A stretch of DNA of 61,680 nt, filler included, from Choristocarpus tenellus KU-1152 (lineage: Eukaryota; Protista; Phaeophyceae): the NCBI GenBank assembly GCA_964200185.2. It is 12 parts of 12 records of this genome, joined end to end, with 100 filler letters (N's around TTAATTAATTAA, not from the genome) between each part and the next. Parts side by side here need not be neighbours in the genome. Positions count along the whole stretch, not along the records: positions 20,931 to 26,628 come from CAXNAD020009974.1; positions 26,729 to 34,521 come from CAXNAD020005571.1; positions 34,622 to 41,395 come from CAXNAD020007379.1; 9 more parts are not named here. One strand, 5' to 3'. The notes under the pieces were generated by a model. That model did not search any database, was not told where the DNA came from, and saw nothing but the letters and a program-made list of their open reading frames with translations. The position numbers and the translations under genes were made by a program. Shown in pieces: positions 25,420 to 36,887 of this stretch. Every line of letters begins with the position of its first letter. Within the stretch, counting starts at the first letter, position 1.

Positions 25420-26389
25420 TCACAAGGTTCGTCGGAAGCGCGCAATTAGAGGCCTTCGGGCATGCTTCAGTGTGGCAACAGCATGGGCATGGGACAGGTA
25501 CTCTTCCCCATTCAAGCCCAACAGCACACACCCCATAGTGATGCCTAGGTATTGCGCCTGACCTGTAGGGGGTGAAATAGCAAGCGTGGGAGGGGAGAGG
25601 AAAATGCACGTGAAAAATGAACTGAGAGAGAGAGAGAGAGAGGTCAGGTAGTCAGGGAGAGGGAGGGAATGAAGGGTGCAAGGGTCGATTCTTTGTCAAC
25701 AGACACTATCGGTCCATTCTCCTCAACAAATTGTCTTACAAGATGGTAAGATGTATGCAATTTTCCTAACAAGGTGAACATTTTGTAATCCAGGAACCAA
25801 ATTCATTGGGTGCTGTGCCTGCGAAGCAACACCACTTACCAACAACTATTACACCACAACCCCCCCGAGAGATCTCAACACACAAAACACAGGTGTACTC
25901 CTATGCCCTCATCGATGCATGTTGTTTTGCCACTATAATAAAAGACACCAGGCTGTGGCAGAAAGAAAAACCATACAACCATATACTTTAGTTCGGTCAA
26001 CCCCACAGAAATAGACTGAAAATTCTGTTTTCCACATCTGCAAAATTTGATTGAAGTAACTCCTTGGGATACACTCGCTTCCAGTTCTCCCCTCACAACC
26101 TCCTACTTCCATCCCCCCCCCCAAATTAATGCCAATAATATTTGGATATATTATACCCTTCCTTCCCCCTACCCTCACCCACAACCTCACAAGAGAGCAT
26201 ATACCCAGGTAAGCACGCACGCGCGCACACACACCTCCCTCGGTGATCTTAGTGACAACGCTGAAAGCTTGAAAGGACCCTCTCTCTTCCAGACGCAGGC
26301 CCAGCTCACCCTCTTTAAATTCAACATCAAACTCTCCCGCCTCGATGCCTGGGGCACTGGATATACTTTTCTTGGTGCTCATTGCCGCC
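25420..26389 (-). CDS. PDZ-domain protein, last two exons (26389-26235, 25562-25420)
   Basis: The spliced product ...EFDVEFKEGELGLRLEERGSFQAFSVVTKITEGGQAQYLGITMGCVLLGLNGEEYLSHAHAVATLKHARRPLIARFRRTL* is a complete PDZ fold (xLGL loop, GxA..G..VG..L.xNG, RPL.L.F). The intron is phase-1 GT-AG. Confidence 0.88.
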
Positions 26390-26728
26390 CTATCAAGGTC
26401 AAAACACAAACAAATTGGAACAGGATGCCGGTCGAGGGGTTAACAATGCGGGTCGGGGTTTCCTCTCTCAGAGATGGCGTGCGAAGTAGGGAAGGGGTGA
26501 AAGGTGATATGTGGGTCACCGGGGGGGGGGGCAGGAGAGGCATCAAGAATGCTTAGGAGAATCAACATGGATGTAGATCTATCAATAAACATGTCTGTGT
26601 GTTTGGAGGGGAAGAGAAGTGGCTATTGNNNNNNNNNNNNNNNNNNNNNNNNNNNNNNNNNNNNNNNNNNNNTTAATTAATTAANNNNNNNNNNNNNNNN
26701 NNNNNNNNNNNNNNNNNNNNNNNNNNNN

Positions 26729-28470
26729 ACTTCCGATTCTTCCTTAACCTCTGTGGTTGGGCCCCTGGTCAGCTCAAGGAGGAGATTGATAGGGGCATAT
26801 GGTATGCGGTCTCGGCATCAACAAATGTGAGTAACCAATGTTGATTTTAGAGGGGGAGTTGGAGGGATGATGGATGGGATGTGTTTTTTTTTGGGGGGGG
26901 GGGAGGGGTTGTTTTCGGACGGTTTGTGCCGTGAACGGTATGTCCCCATTGATGTGTTCTTATCTTATATATCGAAGATAAGATAAGTTGACATCGAGTG
27001 AAAGATGGAGGGGTTTGATTTGATTATTATTTTTTGTTTCTCATGCGTGTGCACACATTCTGCGTGTGTGCGCGCTGCACTCGGATGGAATTTGCTCGGT
27101 TTGATCTGCATGTGCATGGCGCGTGGTCTGGTTCTCAAGAGTGTACCATTTATTTCTTTTTTTTGTACAAGATACATACATACATACACCACACGCGCGA
27201 GTGAGCACCTTGTGTCGTTAAGAGTTAGTTTGTCGGAGGAGTCGACTTTTTTTTTTTTTTCAAATACAGGATTTTTCTTTTTTTTTCAGCGATTGTGCTC
27301 TCTGGCTCTCGATAAAAATATTTTTTTTTGAGTCAATGTTGCCATCTATGTATGTACCTAAATGAAATGTCTCCCTGTATTGTACTGCGTTGGGTGCACT
27401 ACACAAGGCACTTAGTGTGTGTGTGTGTGAGGTAGCAGTATGCTTCGGAGAGGTGTTGAGATGCTTGTGTCTATTATCTAGTGCATGCTGGTTGCTTTAG
27501 TTGTTGCTTCTGTCTGGAGTGTTTTGAGTGTCTTAGGTTGATTTGGCGTTGAGGGTGAGTGAGGGAGGTGGGGGGGGGGGGGAGTGCAAGTTGAGAAGTT
27601 AACAGGGAAGCACAGCTACAGTGAACTTTCTTTGAGAAGTTCACTGTAATGCTGTTTTTTTTTGTAGATAGTTTGCTGTCGTTTCTATTAAAAAAAATAA
27701 CGCAAGCGAGAAGGGGGATTTGTTAGAACAACGAAAAGATAGGTAAGATTTTGAAACAGGAGAAAAGAAATAACACATGTTTTGTGTTTATGCTCTCCTT
27801 AAGAATTTTCTTGAAAATATTTGTATTTTCACCTTGACTGTTGCAGACCGGAACAGGTGCAGGTGTATTTGTTGAACTGGAGCAATGTGAGGCGTAGTGC
27901 ATGTTTCTTATGTTTGTATTGAGGTAAAGTCTTACCTCGTCCAAGGAGTAGTAACATTGTGATTGAGGTCTACTGCAGAAGTGGGTTAGGGTTAGGGTTA
28001 GGGTTAGGTCAATGGAGATACCCATGCACCCAAGGCATTCATTCGTACCCAACTCGGTTTGGCTCTGTTTGCATTTATGGTGATGTCATAATACAGTACT
28101 GCATAATGTAGGAAGTATGCCATGTCAAGAGGGATACTTCTTTGTACTCTGATAGAAGACTACTGGAAAGGAGAATAGGTTATATAGTGGAGTATGAAGT
28201 AAGTGCTTGGTGGGCGCAGAGATGCTTCACCGTGTGGATGATCAAGTCTATCGGAATATGCGGTTGAAGCCATTGTTCATCCTCTCCTCTCTGTGAGTGT
28301 TGTGGTTGAGTGGCACCGTTGGAACCTAACTTCCTTCTCCCCCTGCTCCTCCTCAGATTGTTCTGAAGCATTGCATTCAGCTCCCTGTCCCCCTTTGGAG
28401 AGAGGTGATGACACTCATGGGACCCAAGTATGGACAAGTCTCCCAGGAAAGTTTGAGCGACTTGTTGTAG
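26729..28470 (+). CDS. DUF179 / YqgE-AlgH (UPF0301) family protein, last two exons (26729-26826, 28357-28470)
   Basis: FRFFLNLCGWAPGQLKEEIDRGIWYAVSASTN|IVLKHCIQLPVPLWREVMTLMGPKYGQVSQESLSDLL*. It carries the GWxxGQLxxE..xGxW and LWxxxL..MG signatures, with a phase-0 GT-AG intron. Confidence 0.9.
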
Positions 28471-30447
28471 GTTAAGAACCTGCCAAGAAGGGTATTGGCT
28501 TTCGAGATTGTCAGTAGCATTAAGAGATACAGTAAGTCAATTTGTTAAGGGTTAACTGGTATGCATTATGTTGATAAGTAAGTGAAACTTGGCTTAGCCC
28601 CCCCCCCCTCCCTTCCCTCCCAAAGGTGTGTATTTACTATTGTTGGAGTTGGAGAACCAAGAATCTCCACTTGCTAAGAGGAGGAGGAGGAGGCAAATAG
28701 ATTGATTGCCTATCCTTGTCCTTTTGTTTCACATGCCTATTTTTCTGTAGTTGGCCTGTTAGTTCTCTCTACAGTGGGGATCGCATCGGGCTTCTGGATC
28801 CCGGGATGCTCTTAACGCATAAGGTTGGTTGGGACAAACTTTAATGCTGGCTAACAGCAACCCTTTCTCAATGTTTGTGGTGATGTAGTGGTTACTTTGG
28901 CATGTACTAAAGTACAAGTAGATACAAGTTGTACTTTTTTGGTACTAGAAGTACAAGATCAAATTTTTGGGATAAAACACTCTGATAGATGAGAGGACTT
29001 TTTTTTTCTGCTCCTTCATGGCCATTACTTGGTCCGATTTTATGTAGACATGTGTCCTCCGAGTGCTGCTGTACATGCAGGTACCTCTGGGTGCCAATGC
29101 GCACGGTGATAATTCAACAGGATGTTTTACACAGCCTTTGGCACCTACCTTTAGGACTCTATTTGGTGGAATAGGCACCAAATTGAACCATGGTGCAATA
29201 CTTCCCAGTCATGCGGGCCATAGTATCCTAGTGGCGGACTTGAGTATCCATTTAGGGTCTTTGTGACCCTGTTCTGATTTTCATGTCATGTGAGTCAGCG
29301 TGTCATGTGCAAGGGTCATTTTCTTCATCTGGATGCACTTTCCTTTCCATCCCCCTGCCAGGAATAATTCTGAGGAAAATAATCTCCAAAAAGGGCATTG
29401 AACTGGGGTGTTACACAACACCTTGCAAAGGTCTGAATGGACGACCTGGGTTGACCCCCTTCCTACCCTCTAGGATACTATGGGCCTGCCTGCCCCTTTA
29501 CTACTTCTGTAGTATTGCTTCAATAGGTTGATTGCACTGATAATGGTTGAGGTGTTGCAAAGGGTTTTTTCAACCTCGACTTCTTCACAAGATCATTGTT
29601 GCAAGAGGTGCTTATAAACGCTTAAAATGGTATGTAGTATTGTAGTGGTACAACAACGATGAGGTAGCCAGGCAGCATGCACAAGCAATTCTTACGATAC
29701 TCCCACCACTTTAATAACTAAGGTCAATGCACTCTTGTACACACAAGCTGTCTAGAGGTGGTACGCAAATATTGACATCCCAGAAGAACGGAGTAGGAAA
29801 GGTAGAGTTGGTACGGACTGAAGGAGCATTCCATGACTACACACCCCTGTTCGTGGACGACTGCAGTCCACAGGGGAACCCCCCTGTCTTCGGGAACCAA
29901 CGCAGATATTTTTCCTTTTCGCATGCACTTTTGAAAGTCCTAACCTTAACTTATGTGTGAAAAATATCCCTAAAGAGCCAAGGAAACCCTCTACAAGAAG
30001 TGATGAAGAGTAAAGTTCAGAAAGCTATTTACGTACGTGTTGTGTAATTCCAAGTGCAGATTAAAAAAACGGTGTATCACTTGTGTATCACTTCGCCCTT
30101 TTTGTTTGCAGTATCTTCTCTAAACACTCTTTAAGACGTTTTTGTTAAAAAAACGTAGATCTAGGGTTAGGGTTACAAACTGTAATTTGTTTTACAAACC
30201 CAACACCAGAGTGGGTAGGACGACTTCAGTGTCACGGGGATCTTGTCTCTTTGCATTGCGTTTCTGTTTGCCGTGCTGCGCTTCTTATGTTTGAGATAGG
30301 GGCATGTTGTACCAACTGCTGATCTCAAACGTGCATGTGTTCGAGCCAATAGTTTGACTGCATCTTACATCGACTTCAACTAGCTTTTTCACTGCTGTAC
30401 TCTAGAGTACATGTAACTACCTGATATCTCCTTTTTGTACCTCTCCG

Positions 30448-30682
30448 TCTCATACAACGCATGTTCCCTTCTCGTATCTGCACCTAATTCTTCTATAGTA
30501 ATACCAAGTGTGGTGTTTGTCGTTGTTGTGGGGGTTGCACAAAGTCGCGTGTATGTGTGGGGGAGGATCGTCTCATACAACGCATGTTCTCCCTCTCGTA
30601 TCTGCACCTAATTCTTATATAGTAATACCAAGTGTGGTGTTTGTGGTTGTGGTGCTTGTAGAAAGTCGCATATACGTGTGGA
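30448..30682 (+). repeat. ~120-bp tandem duplication
   Basis: GTCTCATACAACGCATGTTC...TAGTAATACCAAGTGTGGTGTTTG...AAAGTCGC occurs twice. Confidence 0.85.
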
Positions 30683-32709
30683 AGGCCTGTGGGGAGGAGC
30701 AGAGAAGAGAGAGGTAATGAACGTGCAGCAGAGTTTGAGTAGATACTTTGTGTAACTGACATTTTATTGTGATGGATGTGTTCATGGTGGGGAGAAAACA
30801 AGTAACATACTACTACAAAGTACTCCGAGTACAAGAGAACACAACACAAGACAACACAAGAGCTGGCTTAACTTGCAAAAAGGCCAAAACCTGGGTATCT
30901 CTTGTTCTCTTTCGCTCATTTCGCGTGTGATCGACCCTGTGATGCCACTGCCATTGACCCTTTCACACCAAGCAAGGCCTCATCAATTACACCACACACA
31001 TTTGATTATCACACCTCTACCCTCTCTGATCAGTGAGGTAGGTCCTGAAGCAACCATTTTCTTCACAATAATGCTTCAGAAGAAGCAAGAGTTATCCCTA
31101 CTTGATCGACAGATATTCAATCAAGGTACACACATCAAGAGTGATGTGCACTCCCAGTAGTACTTACAACTAACAGTACTCAACTGCATGTGGGGTAGTA
31201 ATAATGGTAGTGGTGTCAGATCTAGATTCAGACTTAAGACATACCCTAATCCTACGCAAATGAACTTATAAAGTTGTGTGAGCTTCAAGAGGTATTCAAA
31301 GATTTACGCCGTGAGAACCACACTGCGTGTATTCCTGCGGCAGTGAGTTCTGTTGGTTAAGATATAATTATTGCTACATGTGACTCCAATGGATATTTGG
31401 AACTATTGTCACATGGTCCCCCCTCTGTAGATAATCAAAGCGATCAGCAAAAAACCCCAACGATTTTGTCTTCAGAATGGTTCTACAAAGAGATTAAAAA
31501 AGACTTCGCACAGGTTGCTGCTGTTGTGTGATACAGGATAATCAATGACCCGAGTTAACCATCCCAGGAAAGCTTTTTGGAGTCGCTGTACTACTAACAA
31601 ACTTAGATATCTCATGTAAAGAGCAACTAGTGCTCCCAACAACACACAAGAACCAGTCCTCGCGCGTTTTTAAAGGCTCCGCAAGGTTAAGTGAAAGAAA
31701 AAAGTATCGGGATCCATTCTTCACCGAATCATTAAGAAATAAAACTGTGTTGTAGAGGCAGCAAAGGTGTTGCCAAATCCCAAATGAATCCACGGGAAGG
31801 AGAAGAAGATGGGAATTATTCCATCCGCCATCTGGAGTCAACTGTTTGTTGTACAAATGAAGTATAATTGTTGAGGGGATACTAAAAGATCCTTTCCCAT
31901 CAACTGCTCCTGATGTTGCAATTTTTCCATGCCGAATGGAAGTGATGTGCTTGTGAGTAGGAAACAGGCATAATAGCTGATTGCACCAAAAACGGTTAAA
32001 CCCTTGGCACAGGCAAAAACATAAAAATCTCTTCATAAGAACGTACGGAAGGGTGCTTGCTTGATAGCTAGTGTGACAATACTGAGCATGAGACAGGAAC
32101 TAACTTTGACTGATGAGTTCAGATTTTCAGATTTTTGGGGGAATAAGTTCGGGCAAGCATACGTGGACTCTGAGTTGCAAGCAAACAAAATGTCTGCAAT
32201 CCTCCCAACATTGTTTAAAGCTCCGTCTTTGGGTAGGGTAGCTTTTCACCGTGCATTACATCACTGCGGTTCTATTGAAGACTGAGCCTGACCCGACTTC
32301 ATCTTCTTGTCCTATCAAGGGAAGGTTTATGTTCGTGGCATCATTGGGTGGTGTAACAACCCCTGCCCTATATCAGATTCATAGTTTATAGCCCCTTGGT
32401 TTTAACTGCTGTTTATTTCAGTTTTCATGTACAGGGTCTCCACGAAAAAACACAAAATTGCGTTGTGCTGGGTAAGATAATTAGGTGTGTATGTGTGCTC
32501 TGGCGAGTACAGGATACTTTCACAAATACTGCAGCAAAAGAAGCTGCAAGGAGGCACTCAACAGCGACAATAGTGATCTGCACAGAGAAGGTTAGACCAA
32601 CTCTCCCTTCAGCCCTCCACTCACCAGTCATTGATATCAAGAATGAGCTGGTGCTGGAAATCGATTCAAAGTACAAACTCTGTACCATAGATACCACTGA
32701 ACACAGATA

Positions 32710-32968
32710 GAGCCAAAGTATCTTAGAGGGTAGAGCCGTGTCCATTTGGGGATCAAAATACAATGTTGTGATTTTGGTGTAATTTTGGTTATCGTGTTTG
32801 TTAAGAAGTGTCAATATCTATGTTTCGGACACACCTCTCATAATGTATACATTTTACCTACTCCGAAACATTTTGGAATCGGAAAATGTCATAAAAAGAC
32901 CCTTGGAAGCCAAGCCCCACGAATGGACAAACAGGGCAAAATTCGTACCCTCTAAGATAGTTTCACTC
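32710..32968 (-). mobile_element. MITE family A (capped)
   Basis: Same TIRs and internal sequence in reverse orientation, TSD ATA. Confidence 0.92.
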
Positions 32969-33137
32969 ATATGTATCTAGCAAAGCAGGGGTACATATGT
33001 AACCAGGTTACAAAAAGTCAAGTCAAATCCAATCTTTTCAATGCATTGCCTTGCCCATGCCAGGCCAACGATCACGATGACCAGGCCATCCCTTCCATAT
33101 CCCTCATACCTGCCTTCAACACTTCAACAAGATACCA

Positions 33138-33626
33138 TCATCGTCTAGTAGTGTCAATATCATTGCTGGTCCCAGGCATCCTACTAATCACCCTTGCAAT
33201 GGCCCCTCGAAGCAAGAGAGAGTTGCTCACCACTGCTACTGAGCTACAGGCCATTATGGCACCCGCCAAGGACGGGGTGAGCAGGAATCCAGGGCCTGGA
33301 AAAAGTGCTCCAGCAGCGATTGGAAGAGCGATGACATTGTAGCCCAGTGCCCAGAGCAGATTAGCTCGGATCTGATGGATAGAGAAAACAGGGAGAAAAC
33401 TGGTTAAGTCAGTATCATTTTGTCCTCGTTTTGGGGGAGGCAAGTGATTCACTACCCCAAGGGAGAGTAGACAACAGTGCAGCATCAAGGCAAGAAGATC
33501 GAAACAGTATGTCACTACTGTGGCATCATTGTTATTCATGCAAGGGAAAGACGACACAGCAATCAGATCAAATTAGATCATACTGAACCAAATCAGACCA
33601 GCAGATTGTGTTCCCACACTAACAGT

Positions 33627-33657
<31 letters not shown>

Positions 33658-33994
33658 ACAGGAGTGAATAAGAGCAATCGGGACTCAGTATAGGGCACAT
33701 GTGCTTCTTGCAACAGTTCCTTCCTAATAAAAAAGAGTAAGGTTCAACCCACCGCACACCAAAACCTCACCTTCAGCATTGTCAGCCTGCTCACATCAAG
33801 GGCCTTGCCCACATCAATTAGATCATTACGCATCAGCACCATATCTGCTGCACTAATTGCCACACCCGTGCCCCCGCCCATGGCCACGCCCACATCAGCA
33901 GATGCCAGTGCAGGACCATCGTTCATACCGTCTCCAACTACCAGAACCACTTCTCCTTGGGCTTGCAAATCACGTACCAAGGACGCTTTGTCGG
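33138..33994 (-). CDS. P1B-type heavy-metal (Cu-type) ATPase, last two exons (33994-33771, 33371-33138)
   Basis: DKASLV...[32 protein letters not shown] and [21 protein letters not shown]...[19 protein letters not shown]. These carry the GDGxND hinge, and the YN and MxxSS motifs of P1B-1 Cu+ ATPases. Confidence 0.95.
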
Positions 33995-35365
33995 CTGTTG
34001 CATGCAAAAACCAACGGAAAGGTACAACATCCACAGGTCATGAACAGCACAAAATCAAGTGCTCCATAACCTGAATAACAGAACAATCTCTCCACACTTG
34101 CTTGCTAAACCATTTGTGTTGACTAGGAAAATAGTTGCGGACACATCATTTGTTACGTACGTGTTGGACTTGAGTGTTGTGGAGTACAATGTGATACATA
34201 TATGCTTCGAAGTTGAGTGTCATGGGACATATTGGTATTCAGTGAATACAAAACTATTTCGAACTGAAGCGGGGCGTGATGAAACCGATTTTGTGGGAGT
34301 TATGTACGTATTGGACAGGAGCATTACCGGACACAACACATGTTACATATGTCTTGAAGTCAATTGATGTGGAAATAAAATTGCATTGAGTGTTATGCCA
34401 TCCAGACCGCGAAGTGTATCTTCAGTTGAGTACAAATTGCCTCTTCACCCTCTGAAGGGAGAGAGGCCTACACAATGCCCGACAGCTGAGTGGTTACATG
34501 CGACACGGGCTACCTACCTCCNNNNNNNNNNNNNNNNNNNNNNNNNNNNNNNNNNNNNNNNNNNNTTAATTAATTAANNNNNNNNNNNNNNNNNNNNNNN
34601 NNNNNNNNNNNNNNNNNNNNNGACTCAATTCAACATAATAATCTCATATACACAAAATAAGGTACACCTCACTATTGTCCTATTTTGCACATAGGGACCT
34701 CATTATGAGATTGGTGTCACTGCTGGGTATGGTTTTGTTTTTTTAGTGCATTTTGGACATGCGATTATAAAGACCCCCAAACAAGATTGGTAGTTGTTTT
34801 CATAAAATATATCACACGACGCTGTTCTGTGCTATCTCTTCATATTTAAACCATGCTAATCAGAGGTATGTCGAAAAACTAGTGCTATACATACGTTGTG
34901 TTGCTGATACGAGCATATAGCACAGTTCATGTATGTTTATCTTTAGTTTAGTACAATACAGAGTAATAGTGTATGTAACGGTATGATGAGTCAGCCTTTG
35001 GCCGTACGTCGGTCATAGTGGATGACAAAAACAAAAGGGCAGCGGATAATAAATAAACCAATGTATGTTCACCAGGTAACCCACCTGCAGCTTCTGACGA
35101 CGAGCTTTTCCTGTGTGAAGCTATTCAACACACTTAAGTGTGTACCAAAGCATTCTTTTAATAGACCTCATACAAATGATCCACCAACACAACCCAACCT
35201 GCCTTTCTTCTTTTCCTGGTTGAAGGACCTTTCCAATGTAGTTTGCTATATTACCCCCACAACATTTTGTGCTTACTCCATACTGAGCATCTGAGAATGG
35301 TTTTCACACTACCTGCAGACAAAGATTGGGAATTGAAGCGTTGGGATGTTAAGCAGGCTTTTATA

Positions 35366-35944
35366 CTCCCTCTGTCCCATAAGTGTAGGCTGTTGAGATT
35401 TCTATCAATAACTCTTTCAAATGTAAGATTCAGAAACTACAAATAATATCTCTCGACAGGCAACAACATTGGCTTGTCCATAGACATCTTCAAAAATACT
35501 TTTTCATCATTTCGAAATGGTTGAGAAACCACCCCCTTAACGCAAACGTTTTTATCGGAAATGGCAGATTTAGCAAAAACAGCAATACCACCCAAAAATG
35601 GCTGGAATTGTGGTTAATCGGCCGTAAGGTCTCATGGAGACCACCAATGAAGAGGCGGTTAGTTGCATTGGGTTCCTTGGCGTTTTGTGCATTATTAAAG
35701 TGATTGATTACTCTTCACTCGCGTTCTCTTCCTTAATCCACCAAGTTGTGGACGCGTTGTGCGCGTCTCTGTTAATGGGGATCAAGTTAGTTGTCGAGAA
35801 CACCCCCCAGGGGGTGGTTTCTCAACCATTTCGAAATGGAAAAATATTTTGAAGATATTATTTGTAGTTTCTGAATCTCTCATTTGAAAAAGTTATTCAC
35901 AAAATTCACAAAAAACCTTAACAGCCCAGACTTCTGGGACAAGT
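35366..35944. mobile_element. Stowaway/mariner-like MITE with long (~150 bp) imperfect TIRs, nested in the Copia RT
   Basis: TA|CTCCCTCTGTCCC start. 35371-35535 is the reverse complement of ~35810-35940 (for example CATTTCGAAATGGTTGAGAAACCACCCC / GGGGTGGTTTCTCAACCATTTCGAAATG). Confidence 0.85.
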
Positions 35945-36634
35945 ATATGTTCTTGATTATTTTATTATTCTTATTATTTTTAGGATAGGGTATATATGAT
36001 TAGCATTCAGCTCGAATATATAATTAAAGACTAGTAACATTATAGCCCAGATATCATAATTGAGCATATTTATCACTTTAAATAAAGTACCTTATTGGTT
36101 GCAAATATAGTTTCTAAAGTGTAGATTGGAAATCGATAGTGACAATAATGCCTTGGTGTAGTATTGAAGAAACTGTATAAAACAACTTGATGAGAAGAAA
36201 TACCAGAGTATTGTGAAACAGGTGGAAACAAGCCGACAGGTTCTTCAAAATGAAGGGGAGCGGGAAGACGCACAGGAGGAAAGATCATAGAGAGTCAAAG
36301 AGGGAGAGCAATCCCTCAGAAGATCACTCAGGAAAAGAGTGTTCAGGTGGTAACTGAAAGAAGGCGGTGTTGGTAAGGTCACTCCAAATCACTCAATCTT
36401 ACTTCAAGCAGATGTTACCTTCAACATGCAAGAAATGTCATATGAATATCATAATGTTCAAGATAGGTCACCTTCAGGGTATACCTTCTGTAGAAGATGG
36501 CTCTCACAGTATGACCTTTCTATATTAAGGGAAATTGTACTATCTTTGTCCGATTTTGAGTTTGAGGATTATGAATCAGATATCAATAACGTAAATTTAA
36601 GACTAATTATTTTAGTTTGTTAAATGTGATGGAT

Positions 36635-36887
36635 GAGTGAAAGTATCTTATAGGGTACGAGCCCTATTTGTCAGTTTGAGTCTTGGCTTCCCACAGATTG
36701 TTACAACATTTTCCTACTCCGAAATATTTGCTGGAGTAGGAAAATGTATACTTTATGAAAAGGTGTGTCTGGAACAAGGATATTGACACTTCCTAACAAT
36801 CACGATAGCCAAAATTACATCAAAATCGCAACATTGGATGTTGGCCCCTAAATGGACGCGGCTCTACCCTTTACGATACTTTGACTC
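36635..36887 (+). mobile_element. MITE family A (capped), nested in the Copia element
   Basis: TIRs as above, flanks GGAT/AGAT. Confidence 0.9.

Noticed and set aside
31300-32700. Possible decayed nuclease or TE ORF (LHHCGS...PDFIF)
   Set aside because: There are many stops and only a weak PD-like motif, which is not enough for a call.
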